DNA of 60,903 nt, filler included, from Sphacelaria rigidula (lineage: Eukaryota), in the NCBI GenBank assembly GCA_964200075.2. It is 7 parts of 7 records of this genome, joined end to end, with 100 filler letters (N's around TTAATTAATTAA, not from the genome) between each part and the next. Parts side by side here need not be neighbours in the genome. Positions count along the whole stretch, not along the records: positions 17,433 to 26,047 come from CAXNAA020010597.1; positions 26,148 to 34,762 come from CAXNAA020010598.1; 5 more parts are not named here. One strand, written 5' to 3'. The notes under the pieces were generated by a model, which saw nothing but the letters and a program-made list of their open reading frames with translations, had not been told where the DNA came from and did not search any database. The position numbers and the translations under genes were made by a program. Of the stretch, positions 22,901 to 34,862 are shown one piece after another; the stretch's first letter is position 1, and every line of letters starts with the position of its first letter.

Positions 22901-24998
22901 TTGTATTGAGCGACGACAAGTCGCAAGACAACGCGTGGGTGCAGCATGCATTCAACCGCCTGCTGCAGACAGAAATACCTGCCATGCTTCGGAGGGTCGG
23001 AGCCGCAGTCATGACTCGTGTTATTGTTATCACGGACAACTGCGGGAAGCAGTTCAAGTGCGCGACGTCGTTCGGGCACACCAGCGACGTTAAAGTACAC
23101 ATCGTCGACCAACCCATCACGCGTATCCACATCGAAGCGCACTACTTTGCCGCCTGCCACGGCAAGAGCGTGTCGGACAGCGAAGGCGCCGTGGTGAAGA
23201 CATTCGCCATAAGCCAGGTCGTTTCGGGGCGGATGCAGATCCTCAGTTCCTTCGATCTCTTCGAGAAACTCGAGCCCGAGCTTGACTTCGAGCTTCGAGA
23301 GGCCAACAACACAGAGGCACAACACTTCTCTGGGACGATAGGCGGGGGCCAGATGCTGATGGCGAACACCACAAGAGTAAGTGTCATACCACAGCCTGTG
23401 CGCTCTGTACTACGCTGTGCGTTACTAAGAATGACCAGCGACTCCGTCGTGGGGTAACACTCGAGAGCGTATTTCAAGCGTTAGTGGTGCGGGAGCCCTT
23501 GCTCGAGTCGAAACCTGACCTGTGCATTCATAGTGCCACCATTCTTCGAGTTTACACTACACTGAATCGTATACCCGGTATTGTTTGATATCGTGCACGT
23601 GAAAATCAGGATGCGAACGACTCCAACGAGGACACGAGGCTACTCGCGCTGACCAAACAGAAGAATACGCTCCTCGGACGGAAGATGTTGTTCGTCAGAG
23701 ATACGGACGTGGCGGCAACACGCCCATCTGCACGGTCTCCACTGCGGGCAATGCCCATCACAGGTTACATGTCGCAGTCTAGAATTGCCGCAACATCCAC
23801 GCCGGGAGTGGTGGCGGCATACCAGCTATCTTGCGGGTGAGTGTTCAGTCATAGAGGTTTATCAGATACGCTACAGTTTGTTTTGGCCTCTGATGTCACG
23901 TGGGTATAAGAAGAACGTATACCGGGTAATGAATGGGGTTCGAGGAACAACAACCACAAGTGGGCGCCGCATGCTGTCCCCACGGGCTCCTTCCTGTCAT
24001 TTGTTATCGTCTCTCGCCAAACTTCGTCAATAGACAGACGCCACGACTTGGTGCAAATACTGAGGGCCATTCGCCCATCGTGATCGCTCCCTTGTTCTCG
24101 GAGAAGATGCTGCAGGTGCCGAACTGGCGAGGGGCGTATGTGTCCATTGATCCGACAAGGAGTGATTCCGGCACCAGTTGAGTGGGCGCGGCGCGCAGAC
24201 CGAGATGAGCCAATCAGTGCACGGGAGTTTGCACTGGAGAACGCCTTCCAGCGCATGCAGGATCGCCTGCCATATGGGTCAACGGCGCTCATGCGCGTCA
24301 GACCGAGTGAAAACGGGGGCCGGGACGTCGCACCTGTCGTGATCGCGCACCGATCACCACAACCGTGGGAGAGGGCCTTTTCGTCGGATGGTATGTTCAG
24401 TCCTGGGGACATCATGGTTTGGATTCACGACAAATCGCCAGAGGCGAGCGGCGGACAAGATACACGGTTCCACGTTTCGTCTCACACCGTGAGAAACGAG
24501 AACCAGCGTGCTATCCCTCTGGCGACCATTGCTGCCCCGGGGATGCCGATGTGTGCATACATGACGCAGAGCAGGACAAATCCTTCGACATGGAGGTTGA
24601 AGACGTCAGCGATCAAGAATGCCCGCAGTAATGCCGTCTTGATGTCCTTGGACCCTTCGAAGGCCTTCGTCGACAGTACCGAGGTCGCTCTCGAGGCATC
24701 GGACATTGACAGAGCCCCCATCCTCGCATACGGCATGTATCCCGAGGGAACGTTGCTCCAGAGAAGGGTTCGCGCACCGACAGTGTACATGAAGGGCCGA
24801 CGCCGTGCGATGCCCGCTTGGCGGGGGGCCAAAGTGTTCACGGGGAAGATAGTGGGACAACGTTTCGATGCCACTTCTCGCCGTTACTCGTACAAGGTTG
24901 AATGGAGCGGGGGTACGCCAGGAGATATAGCCTTTGCAGGTCTTGAGGATGTCATCGACGAGGGCGCTGTTCAGCATGTGCTGTTGGACCGTCGGTGA
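19941..24998 (+). pseudogene. Intron-containing Sola2-like DDD transposase. Exons approx. 19941-20414, 20425-20541, 20834-20915, 21266-21898, 22608-23376, 23610-23836, 24107-24998
   Basis: Phase-compatible GT-AG exons. Motifs: RFLLGSETQLHE...ISRSTF...CCLCPHC; VADFQERY..EQDEVQSQHW; SDDKSQD; ITDNCGKQFK; YFAACHGKSVSDSEGAVVK; LSCGCCRC. Lesions: TAG at 20002 and frameshift near 22867. Superfamily assigned from remembered motifs. Confidence 0.78.
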
Positions 24999-25130
24999 TG
25001 GGCTCCAAACGTCGAGCGCCACATCAGCCACCCGGAGATACGTTAAACTGAAAGGATTACACCCGTGCGATATTGGGTAAGTGGCATGATGTAATCGATA
25101 GTATGATTTCGACAATATGACCACCCCACA

Positions 25131-25301
25131 GCGACTAAGCAGGGACGGCCGAAAGTACGTAGCTACCTCATCAGAGCAGCGTTTTCTACCTTCCGTGATT
25201 TAGTTACCCTCCTCTCGCCGCATTGATTGCTTCACAATGGGCTCTGTATCGACAACTTGGTCTGCGCGAACAACGCCTAATGCGTGCGTGTTGTTGCAGG
25301 T
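25131..25301 (+). repeat. 171-bp diverged direct repeat, copy 1
   Basis: Colinear with 25808-25978. Confidence 0.85.
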
Positions 25302-25807
25302 GTTGAGATAATATATCCCTCGTTCGACAATCAATGTCACCGAGCCGGTTCCGAAACCAGCCACGCACGGTTACTGGCGGGAGTTCTGGCCCTTAGCAAA
25401 AGCGATCGCAAGTCTGAAAAGGATCCTGAACCAACAAAGGGGTCCGAAAGGATCGTATCGACTTCGGTAAAAACACGCCATGTCCCCCATTCATGGCCAG
25501 TGTTCGGTGCACTTGTTTGTGGATGGGGCTACCGCACAGCATCACCGTACGCTGTATCATCTGAGTCTGTCATAGTTCCTGGATACAGTTTGCTTCCTTG
25601 CCTGTGTGCTTGTTCATTTCTTCATAGGCTATGCACTGCTACTGCACACGTGGTTTGAATCCATCCAAATACGTAACCCTAACGTCGCTGATCCGGTTTC
25701 GAATCCGGCCACGAAGAGTTCTCGGGATTTTTGGCCCCAAGCAATACTGAGCGAGCGGAATAATGTCATCGGAAGTCTGATTTCGACAGCACGACTACTA
25801 CCCGACC

Positions 25808-25978
25808 GCGACTGAGCAGGGATGGTAGATAGGTCGTTGTTACCTCGTCAGATCAGCGTCTTCTACCTTTCGCGATTCAGTCACTCTCCTCTCGTCGCAT
25901 TGATTGCGTCAAAATGGGCTATGTATCGACAGCTTGGTCTGCGCGGACAACGCCCAACGCGTGCGTGTTGTTGCAGGT
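25808..25978 (+). repeat. 171-bp diverged direct repeat, copy 2
   Basis: Both copies end GCGTGCGTGTTGTTGCAGGT. Confidence 0.85.
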
Positions 25979-26047
25979 AACAGCCGATCCTGGTTTTTGG
26001 GGTTGAAACATAAAATGAGGTTGAAGTCCCATTCCTCCATTGCAGGG

Positions 26048-26147
26048 NNNNNNNNNNNNNNNNNNNNNNNNNNNNNNNNNNNNNNNNNNNNTTAATTAAT
26101 TAANNNNNNNNNNNNNNNNNNNNNNNNNNNNNNNNNNNNNNNNNNNN
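26048..26147. other. Artificial contig spacer
   Basis: N44-TTAATTAATTAA-N44. Confidence 0.99.
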
Positions 26148-26753
26148 GGGCTGCCTGGGTTATGGGTAGGGGTGGTATGCTCCTTGCACTCTGTGACCAC
26201 GGGTTCGAGAGATCGAGCTAATGTGACGGATATAATAATAACAACAACAATAATACTCGAGCGTGCGGTCTGTGGCATGGTGGCACCGAATACATCAGAA
26301 AGAGTTCCACACACACACTGCACACACACACAATGTTCCACGTCCGCCATGAGTACTTACTTGCAAAAGTCGCTGAGAATACTCTAGGGTAGGGTACAAA
26401 TGCGGGCATTCTAGACTGTAGAGTACTTGAGTATTTCGACAGTCGATACCCTACCTACACTGGATTTCTCGGGTATTTCCGGCTCAGGGCACCGTTGGTA
26501 CAATGAAAAACTGAGTACTTTTGGCACTCGATATCCAGGGTCCCCTGGGATCCCGAGTGTTTTCGGCGTCAGGCACCTCGTCCTGGACTCTGAAGTTCAG
26601 GGCGTAAATACCCGGTATGTTTAGACAGCTACCCTCGCCTCATGTTCATCTTTGAAACGCTTGTGTCACTGCTAGTGAAAACAACTTCAACACTGCAAAG
26701 TACTCAGAGTCATCCACGTTTTTCGCAAGACGGACGATGGAAGAATAATAACC

Positions 26754-26965
26754 CAAGGGCAGGTCGAGTAGAGCATACTCAATTGCGGGGTGTTTTAAAA
26801 GACGTACTTGCAAGTACTGTACACAAATTGGGGGCAGGGTTTTAGGGATCGCTTTCCGGTTACTTTTTGGGTACGACTCCTAACACCCTACCCATTTTTG
26901 GAGTGCCTCAAGTACGTCTTTCGGAATACTCCACGATTGAGTATACTCTACTCGACCTCCCCTTG
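26754..26965. mobile_element. 212-bp MITE with ~57-bp imperfect TIRs
   Basis: CAAGGGCAGGTCGAGTAGAGCATACTCAAT... versus rc CAAGGGGAGGTCGAGTAGAGTATACTCAAT...; no clear TSD. Confidence 0.75.
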
Positions 26966-27151
26966 TAAAAGTCTGCTCTCGGGATCCGGGCCCACAAAAT
27001 CCGCCTGAAATCCTCTTATTGATAGTGCGTCAATGTTCACCACCGGAGCGCGGCAGAAAATGGGCAGTGTGAGATCATAAGCGTGTTGGTCGACGAACTT
27101 TTTATCCCGCCGCTTTTTATGCGGAGGCGGAACTTTTGCGATCAAACAATT

Positions 27152-27542
27152 GAGATTTGGAACGTTTGAAACCGTTTTGGACCCCAGGACAGCAATCATC
27201 ACCGCACATCTTCAACAGTTATGCATCACCCTGCAGAGAGGAGCCTAGCCGACTACTGCGATTCGCTAGCGTCCTAGGTTCGGAGAATGACCACTTGCTG
27301 AAAATCCAACTGGGCATGGAAAAATGTGAGGATGTTGTCGAGCTTCTTCAGACATCACCATAGACACCATATTTCTGTGTTCAGTCGGATATCTCGGGAA
27401 GCCGTCGTTTGTAAAACCTAGGAACCCTGCGAATCGGACAAGTGGGCTAGACTCCTCTCCGTGAGGTGATGCATAGTGTTCAAGACACGTTGTGACATTT
27501 CCTATTTTGGCGTCGAAATCGGTGTTCAATGCCCCGAAACTT
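27152..27542. repeat. Diverged foldback inverted repeat (~175-bp arms, ~40-bp loop)
   Basis: TATGCATCACC..GAGAGGAG.CTAGCC..CGATTCGC..CCTAGGTT is present on both strands. Confidence 0.75.
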
Positions 27543-30500
27543 TGAGTAGAAGAATATTTCTTCCAAGAACAAGCCTTGATTTCCTGACTATGGGTTCTCC
27601 AACAGCGGAAATAAGGAAGCTCTTCGCAGTGTGCAGCTAGTGCAATTCAATATGTAATTTTGTATGGTAACCGTTGCGGGTACTGCATACCTTTGTGATG
27701 AGATGATGGTGTGGTTGTTGGTGCAGTGTCGGACTTACTGGGATGAACTTGAGTCGACTTGCTGCTGCTGCTGTTGCTACTGCTGTTATGGTTGTTGGTA
27801 TGGTTGCTGGTATGGTTGTCGGTGTGGTGGTGGTGGTGGTGGTTCCTGTTCGTGTTCCCATTCTTATAATTATCACCGTTGCCATCACCGTTACTTTTTT
27901 TTTCTTTATTTTTCGCACTTTGAACTCCTCCCCTTCCTTGAGATGAGTCCATGATCTCAAGGGAGCAACCCATCTCTCCCCGGTAGTTACCATCATGATA
28001 TTTTCATCGTTATTGATGAATCCATTGATTGCTCGTCGTACATTAACTGATTTCCTGGAAATGTAATCTAGCAGTGGTCATTATCCACAGGATAGACGTG
28101 CCCAAGGTAACAGGAACACTCGCTAGGGGAAGCTGAATGGACAGAAACAAACAGAGTACACTAAGCTCGAGCTACAGAAAAAAACACACACGCACGCACA
28201 CACACGCACCGCACACATCGATGTTGCTCTTATTACATCAGCCCGGTTCTCGACCTCTTCATCTTGCAACCACAAAAAATAATAACACAGGCAACGGGAG
28301 CAGGAGCGAAAGGGAAAGGTCGTGCGGGGTCCGCGGGGGCTGTCAAAGCGAACGAGAGCACAAAGGTTAGACGACGACAAAAGTAACCGTACTGTCGCGG
28401 TACTCGTGAGGGATTCCACCATAGTGCGTATCGGACTGACAACCCTTTACACCATGGTATGGTATCGGACTGACACCCCCCCCCCCTTCCCCCCCCCCGT
28501 AAGATACCTCACCCTCGGCGAAGAGTACGGAGGCTTTTTGGCCTCTCGCTGATTTTTCTCAATGCGGTGATGCGTGTGCTGGACGGTATCTTCCTCATTT
28601 GCCACCTTGTCGCAGAAATAGAGACACTACCACCACCTCCACTACCGCTGCTGCTGTTACGATGGAGTTCCCGAAATGATATCTGATGCATATTCCGAAA
28701 TCTATTATCGCGAGAGTTCCGCAATACTCATGAAAACAGAAGTGTAGTTACAAATTTGGGGTGAAGAAGGTCGACCATGAACATCTGAAAGGAAATATAT
28801 TACCACCACCACTATCGCAGCTGCTGCTACAATGAAGTTCGCAACAAAGTATATATATATATATATATATATGTGTTTTTTTTTGAAAATTCTAAAAATC
28901 CCTTGACACGAAATTTCCGCAAAATAGTCTTTGAAGTAGAACTGTACTTGCAAATTAGGGGTGACAAAGCTCTACCGTAAGATATTTGAAAAATGTTTTT
29001 TTTGTTCCGAATCCATGTTAAAACACCGCCTTGGTCAGTCAACTTCACCTTAGACCAATCGGAGGGCAACAAAGGGGGGCGACGCCCTCGATAATCCTTC
29101 GGGAATGTCCGCAAAACAGGTAGCACAGTACAGTGAAGTGCATGTCACTACAGTGCAGGCATCACATATAACAAACAGTACACGTTGTTCAAGATGCGAC
29201 GAACCGGTCGGGATGCACTCAAGTGCCCACCATGCGCCATGTAGCGCCCTGTGTTGCGCTCGGTCCTCCTGTATGTCGGAGCGAATTGAAGAGGCCAGCA
29301 GTCGGCAGTCGGAAGCCCGCTTTGGTGCGCTTTGGCGCGTGCTTGTGTACCGTGTTACAAACTACATATTTGCACCCCGAGATCGTCGGGTCTCTCTATG
29401 ACTGCTGTATAGCCGAACTAAGTGACGCAAGGAAGCAGAGTTGTGACGTGGTTAGTACGAGGGCATGATGCGAGGGTAGAGACGATTAGCCCGAACATAT
29501 ACGAGTTGCTGTGCGTCCCGGGATCACCAGTTTTCGACTGCAAAGTGACTGACAAAAAGCAAATATACTTTGAAAGGCCGGGAAGGAAGATACACTCTGA
29601 CACTTTCTATGCTACCCCCCCCCCAAAAAAAAAAAAAACACCCTCGTCCATAGGCCAACCACTAATGCAAACAAAAAAAAAAAAAAAAACGGCAAAACAA
29701 AACTAAAAAAAAACAGCCCAAACCTGTTTCAAAGAAAATGGCCATACAGCGCCTGATGTTTAGTTTCAGGCTACATGAAGCGCCTCATATAATCGACATT
29801 GGCAAACACGAACCCAAGCGTGGGAATTCCTAGCTGCTCGTTATGCTCGGCTTTTTTCATTTCGATTTACGTGTAGATTTTTCCTCCCCAAACCAGCCAC
29901 TTATGGAGTGTCCTCTACATCCGTATAACTCAGCTGCAAGATGTGGTCCGACTCCTGAACTATTGTGGTTGATGTGATGAGAGTCTATTGCTGGACTCGG
30001 TGTAAAGATGTACACTCGTGGGAGAGGCGATAATAGATGGCAAGTAGAAACATTGGACCAAAGCGGTAACTTGGAAAATCTCTCTCTCAATATATATATA
30101 TATATACAAGCCGCACGGGACCCGGGGCTGCGCCCCGGTCACGTCCGTCTTTTTCGAGGGTCTCGGTATTCTTGCCTTGCCAAGCCCTCATGAGAATATA
30201 TCCTCTCCCGAATGTTCATGCCCGCCGGAAACATTGCAGGACCACCGCGAACGCATGTGTACCCCCGCACAAAGTGTAGCACAGATCCGCGTACCGGGCC
30301 CCTAGGATTTGTATTGACCCGAACAGTCATCTCCAGGGGCGGGTGGGGAGGAACTTGCACACTAAAATCGGCGACAAATATCGTGGACGCCTCGTTACAA
30401 AGTATGCTTGACGCTCGTGAGTTCGAAATATTCTCTCTCTATATGTATAAATACGATGTATATCAGTTAGTTGCGAAGTTGCCTAGAAACCACTGGAGAC

Positions 30501-30788
30501 CGGCCCACATGAATGGAGTGAGAAACGATGAGGTTACCCAGCAAGTACCTGTGTGCATCACGTTACGCTCGGGGCTGCCGCAGCCGCAGAATGGTTCAAG
30601 GCTACCTCTTCACCAGGATCGAATAAATGCGTTTTGTCCAAAACCTGGGGGGAGGCGGGAAGGGGGCGAGATGCCGGGACTGAGGGACGCGGCTCGCGTG
30701 TCCTTCGGTTGATCCATGGCAATTTCACGTGTTGTCTCAAGGTAGACGTCAAGTTACTGATGTTGTCCATTTAATCGTGCAATCGCAG

Positions 30789-30912
30789 GATGATGAAATC
30801 CCAGCCACACCGATGGACGCGACACCAGTCCAGGGGACACCCAGCAGCGAGACCCCTACACCCACCCCTGGTGCATCAGACAACTCCGTCGTGCCGTGCA
30901 CCCCTGTGCAAG
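30789..30912 (+). CDS. Putative upstream exon of the HOP2-like gene (Thr/Pro-rich)
   Basis: CGCAG acceptor; DDEIPATPMDATPVQGTPSSETPTPTPG...; phase-1 end fits the next exon; alternative in-phase donor at 30871. Confidence 0.45.
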
Positions 30913-32351
30913 GTGATGGAAAAGAAACTCAACTTCACTGCGCTGATGTGTAGTAATTCCTGCTGTAGATGATGATTGTTGTCCGCGCGCATTGCGTGTG
31001 TGTAAAACGATGGTGTGCAAAGTGCCTTGGTGTTGGCACCCATATGTGCTGCTATTACCCGCATTCCGGAACAGTTTTTGTACATATTTGGGTATGTAAA
31101 TTTACGGTGGAGTAAAACTGCTCCGAAATCTTTTGCTGGCGATTGACACGTGGGTTCGCATCTCGGTAGCGATAAGATCTCGGATTTTGACTCATATCAT
31201 GCTCAGTGCTGGAAAGCGACTATCTCGTACGCGCTCAAGATTCGACTCCCCTGTCGACGAGGGAAGGGGCCCGCTGGACCCTTTTTGCGGTAAAAAAAAG
31301 AAAGGCAAGCACGGCAGCAGTAAGGGGAAGTACTTGAAAACAAAATTATAATTAAACCTACTGTGCTGACCATCCTCCTGTGTTTCCCCGGCTGTCGCGC
31401 CCACATAGACCGCAAGGTGTAGACTGACGTCCATAGTAGATGAGATGATAACACACGCAGTAGTTATATTTTGTTTCAACTATCCACTCCACCACTCTAT
31501 ATTGAAATATTCGAAGGATTTTACGTGCCAGGAAAGCCCTCACATGAGAAATTCTTGAACCGACCGGCACATGTCTGAATGTCACACGACCATCTGGACC
31601 CGGCGGCAAGAGTTCCTATCGCATGCCCTTCTCTGATATTGGTCAGGTATTTCCGTACGCTGTCCATGATGCTCGATGAGAATCACAATGAACACATGCA
31701 ACAGCTATCCCGACGGCGAGCCGTGCCCTGCGCTATGGTGCATACGGTCCCTGGGCGATGGCGTTTTGGGGGGAAATACTCGTCACTCGGGAGTGGTATT
31801 CAGCGGAGGGGATGATACACCATATACCGTGATACAATAATCTAGATGCCAACATCGTACCCTTGATAGCCGAAAAGTCATCTCCAGGTGGTGTTGTTAT
31901 GGGAGGAGTGGGACGCCACGCACGGGTGGTGTACAATACAACGTCACCTGTATTACCCATTAATATTCCGATTTAGTTCGCGGTTGGACTCTCCGACCAC
32001 CGTAGTAGGTCATCTGGATTACGTCCTAGTTTCACACCCTGGACAATAATAGACTACGTTGTCGAAAAGTGTTCTGCGTACAGTATGGAATCTGTTGTCT
32101 ACTGCCGTAGACGCAGTAGTCGGTATTGTACGCAAGAGAACTTTGACAATGTAACTTACTGTCCAGGGTGAGACTACTTTTTTCAAGTGGAAGTGATGCC
32201 GAGTCAACAAATGATCTACCCTCGCAGTCAAAAGGATTCATTTTTTTTTTTTTAATTCACATCCACTCTGCTCAACAGTTCCAATTTTTTTTTGTTCCCT
32301 TTGCATGGCGTTCGACGCGTTTTTTTGCGACGTCATGACGCACTCATGCAG

Positions 32352-32449
32352 CTACCCCAACGGAAAGCCTTACAGGCAGCTCCAGTAAAAAACCGCCGAG
32401 CGGAGGACGAGGGGGAGGGGCGACGGGAGGGGGCGCCAAAACACCCAAG
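32352..32449 (+). CDS. Putative exon of the HOP2-like gene (Gly/Ser-rich linker)
   Basis: TGCAG acceptor, AAG|GTGAGG donor; TPTESLTGSSSKKPPSGGRGGGATGGGAKTPK; phase 0 into 33038. Confidence 0.55.
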
Positions 32450-33037
32450 GTGAGGTTTTGACACACACAAATGTACCCGTTCTAGTGCTGTGCAGTGAAC
32501 GCGAGGTGACAGCAACTCATACCTGTGATTCTTTGATGTGGTGCTCACATGAACGTACACTCATCATGAGCACCCGTGCAGTCAGTACATGTCTAACGTT
32601 ACACGAAGGGTCCTGCTTTTCTTGACAGTTTCCTACCGGGTCGAGTTGATTTTGATTTGATTTGATTTGTTGCGGACTTTCATCTGGGCGTCATTGGCGA
32701 GTATCCCTTCTTATCGCAACGCATATTCCTATGGACGGTCAAGCGAGTCATTTGTTGCTACGCTTCACGCTGATCTTACTCAGATTGTAACGGCAACCGT
32801 GCCTTAAAAGTCCAATACAGTTGCGTGAAGTTCTTCAGCAACGCCACGCCGCATGTTAAAAATGCAAAAGGCGGTGCTGTATAAAATACGTACACCGAAG
32901 CTTGATTCGTGGGCTTGAGCGTTTTCGCTCATGACTCTCGCCGCCCGCTATTTATTTTGTTAGAAAACGACTCATGTTGAGTTGAACTGGATCCGGCCGG
33001 ATCTGATCGACACGTTTGGCGTTAAAAACCTGCCCAG

Positions 33038-33125
33038 GCGGCCGTTTCCGACTACATGGCCAAGGCGAACCGGCCGTACAGCGCCATCAACGTGTTCGAC
33101 AATTTGCATAAGAAGATTCCCAAAG
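33038..33125 (+). CDS. HOP2: Exon of homologous-pairing protein 2 (HOP2/TBPIP), start of the winged-helix domain
   Basis: CCCAG|AAVSDYMAKANRPYSAINVFDNLHKKIPK|GTGAG; matches the HOP2 YxxxxNRPYSxxxVFxNL motif. Confidence 0.82.
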
Positions 33126-33399
33126 GTGAGAGCATAACCGGCGTTGTTGTGACGTTCAAAGCTTCTCTTCTGGATGTTCGCGCTTTGGGATTCCTACTGA
33201 GGGAGCGCTCGTACAACATACAGTAGTTAAGTAAAAAGCGCTCGCACTTGCACAGATGGACTCATGACGAAGAGTCCCGCAGTCAAAGCGTGTATGGAAA
33301 TCTGCGCTAGGGGAAGCTCATTTTCACGGGTGAGCTGATCTGCATCGAATCCGAGGGGATCAGACGAAATGTACGTAAACAATGGTTGGTATTATGGGG

Positions 33400-33690
33400 A
33401 TACCGCCAACCCTAACGCTAACCCTAACCCTAACCCCGACCAAGGCATACCGAGAACCTTCGGGCAAGGGGTGCAGACTGTTCCCTAGGCAAAGTGTGCG
33501 TTGCCAGAGCTCAAATCGACGCCTTTGAGCCGATTTTGGACCAAAACACGTTCTGGACAAGCGAGGTCTACTGCTCACCACTGCTCACCTGCCCGAAGTC
33601 ATGAATTTTATCAGAACTTTCTTCAGTCTAAAATCAAGTAAAATCGAGTACCAGCCATTGCTTTCGTACATTTCGTCAGCTCTACTGTCG
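33400..33690. repeat. Dispersed repeat with interstitial (CCCTAA)-like tract, copy 2
   Basis: AACCCTAACGCTAACCCTAACCCTAACCC at 33408-33436, then similarity to 14480-14720. Confidence 0.65.
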
Positions 33691-34527
33691 AATCCACCCG
33701 CGGCCACGGGAGAACCACCCCGCTGGTAAGCAGACGAACACACCCGCTGAGGGAAGGAGTAGTGGTGATGTTTGGTGGTGTAGATAGTGTGCTCAGAATT
33801 GAACATTTGGCCGTTCTGGAGCCCAAAACAGCCAGATATACGTCCGTTGGGGAAGGCAAAGAGTAGTGCGGGTTCACTTCGAGGTTTGGGTTCTTCACGT
33901 TGGAAGCAAGGTGGTGTAGTCTAGTGGCAGATACCTTGATTTTCCCTGACCGGCGGGTGTATACCCATTAAGAGCGTTACGTCGACAATTTGGGAAACAT
34001 GTGCCTTGAACGAGACATGAGACATGTCAACAACTACAGGTTCGGACGCACTTGACGCACTGTGGCGCACCCCAGTCAAGTGTGCTCAATGTGGTGCACC
34101 TTTTTCCTTTCATGAGCGTGTCTTGGCGTATTTCGGAGGGTGGAAATAGCGCCCGTAAACACGGGAGTACGCGTGTCTATTTTCCTCCGCACGGAGCCGC
34201 TGTTTGTAACTGCAGTATTTTATCCGCTTTGCTCGAGTATGAACGAGCGATATTTGATGTACAGTAAGTCACCGTGGAGCGGCAGGCGAGCATAACAGAA
34301 CTTGAAGGATGAAGCATCTGCCCGCGACTACAAGGATTGTTGTCAGAGATTGTTCCATTTTTGAGGGACCAGTCCTTGAGGAGGGGTGGTATTAATGGCC
34401 TGGTTTCGGCCGACAATGAACCGTGAGGTCGCGGCCTAACTCTTCGAACTCAGCTTGTGAGCCTTTCAAACCTAGCTCGCGACCAACCTTTAGCCAGTTC
34501 TTCAACAACTTCGGGTCAGTTTGATTG

Positions 34528-34745
34528 GGGGGTGAGGGGCGTGCTCATTTGTTGCTTGCTTTCGTCGTTTGACCACTGATCACGAATCCCTTTCGGGACG
34601 CAGCACCGTCTCTACTCCAAATACAGTAGAGATACCTCCAAGATTCAGGTGCTTATTTTGGGTCTTCCATACACTACACCTTGGGGGATGGGGAGGGGGG
34701 CAGGGGGGGCTCATGTACTCATGATCATGCATGCCATAGTCAGAA
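34528..34745. mobile_element. G-run TIR family end fragments
   Basis: GGGGCGTGCTCATTTGTTGCTTGC and GTACTCATGATCATGCATGCC. Confidence 0.65.
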
Positions 34746-34762
34746 GACGGGGGGGGGAGGGG

Positions 34763-34862
34763 NNNNNNNNNNNNNNNNNNNNNNNNNNNNNNNNNNNNNN
34801 NNNNNNTTAATTAATTAANNNNNNNNNNNNNNNNNNNNNNNNNNNNNNNNNNNNNNNNNNNN
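34763..34862. other. Artificial contig spacer
   Basis: N44-TTAATTAATTAA-N44. Confidence 0.99.

Noticed and set aside
29422..29706. ORF containing KKQIYF, similar to the HOP2 KQKIYF motif
   Set aside because: Upstream of the NRPYS exon (wrong order) and no other similarity
33408..33436. Telomere
   Set aside because: Only ~4 imperfect units, internal to a contig and part of a dispersed repeat
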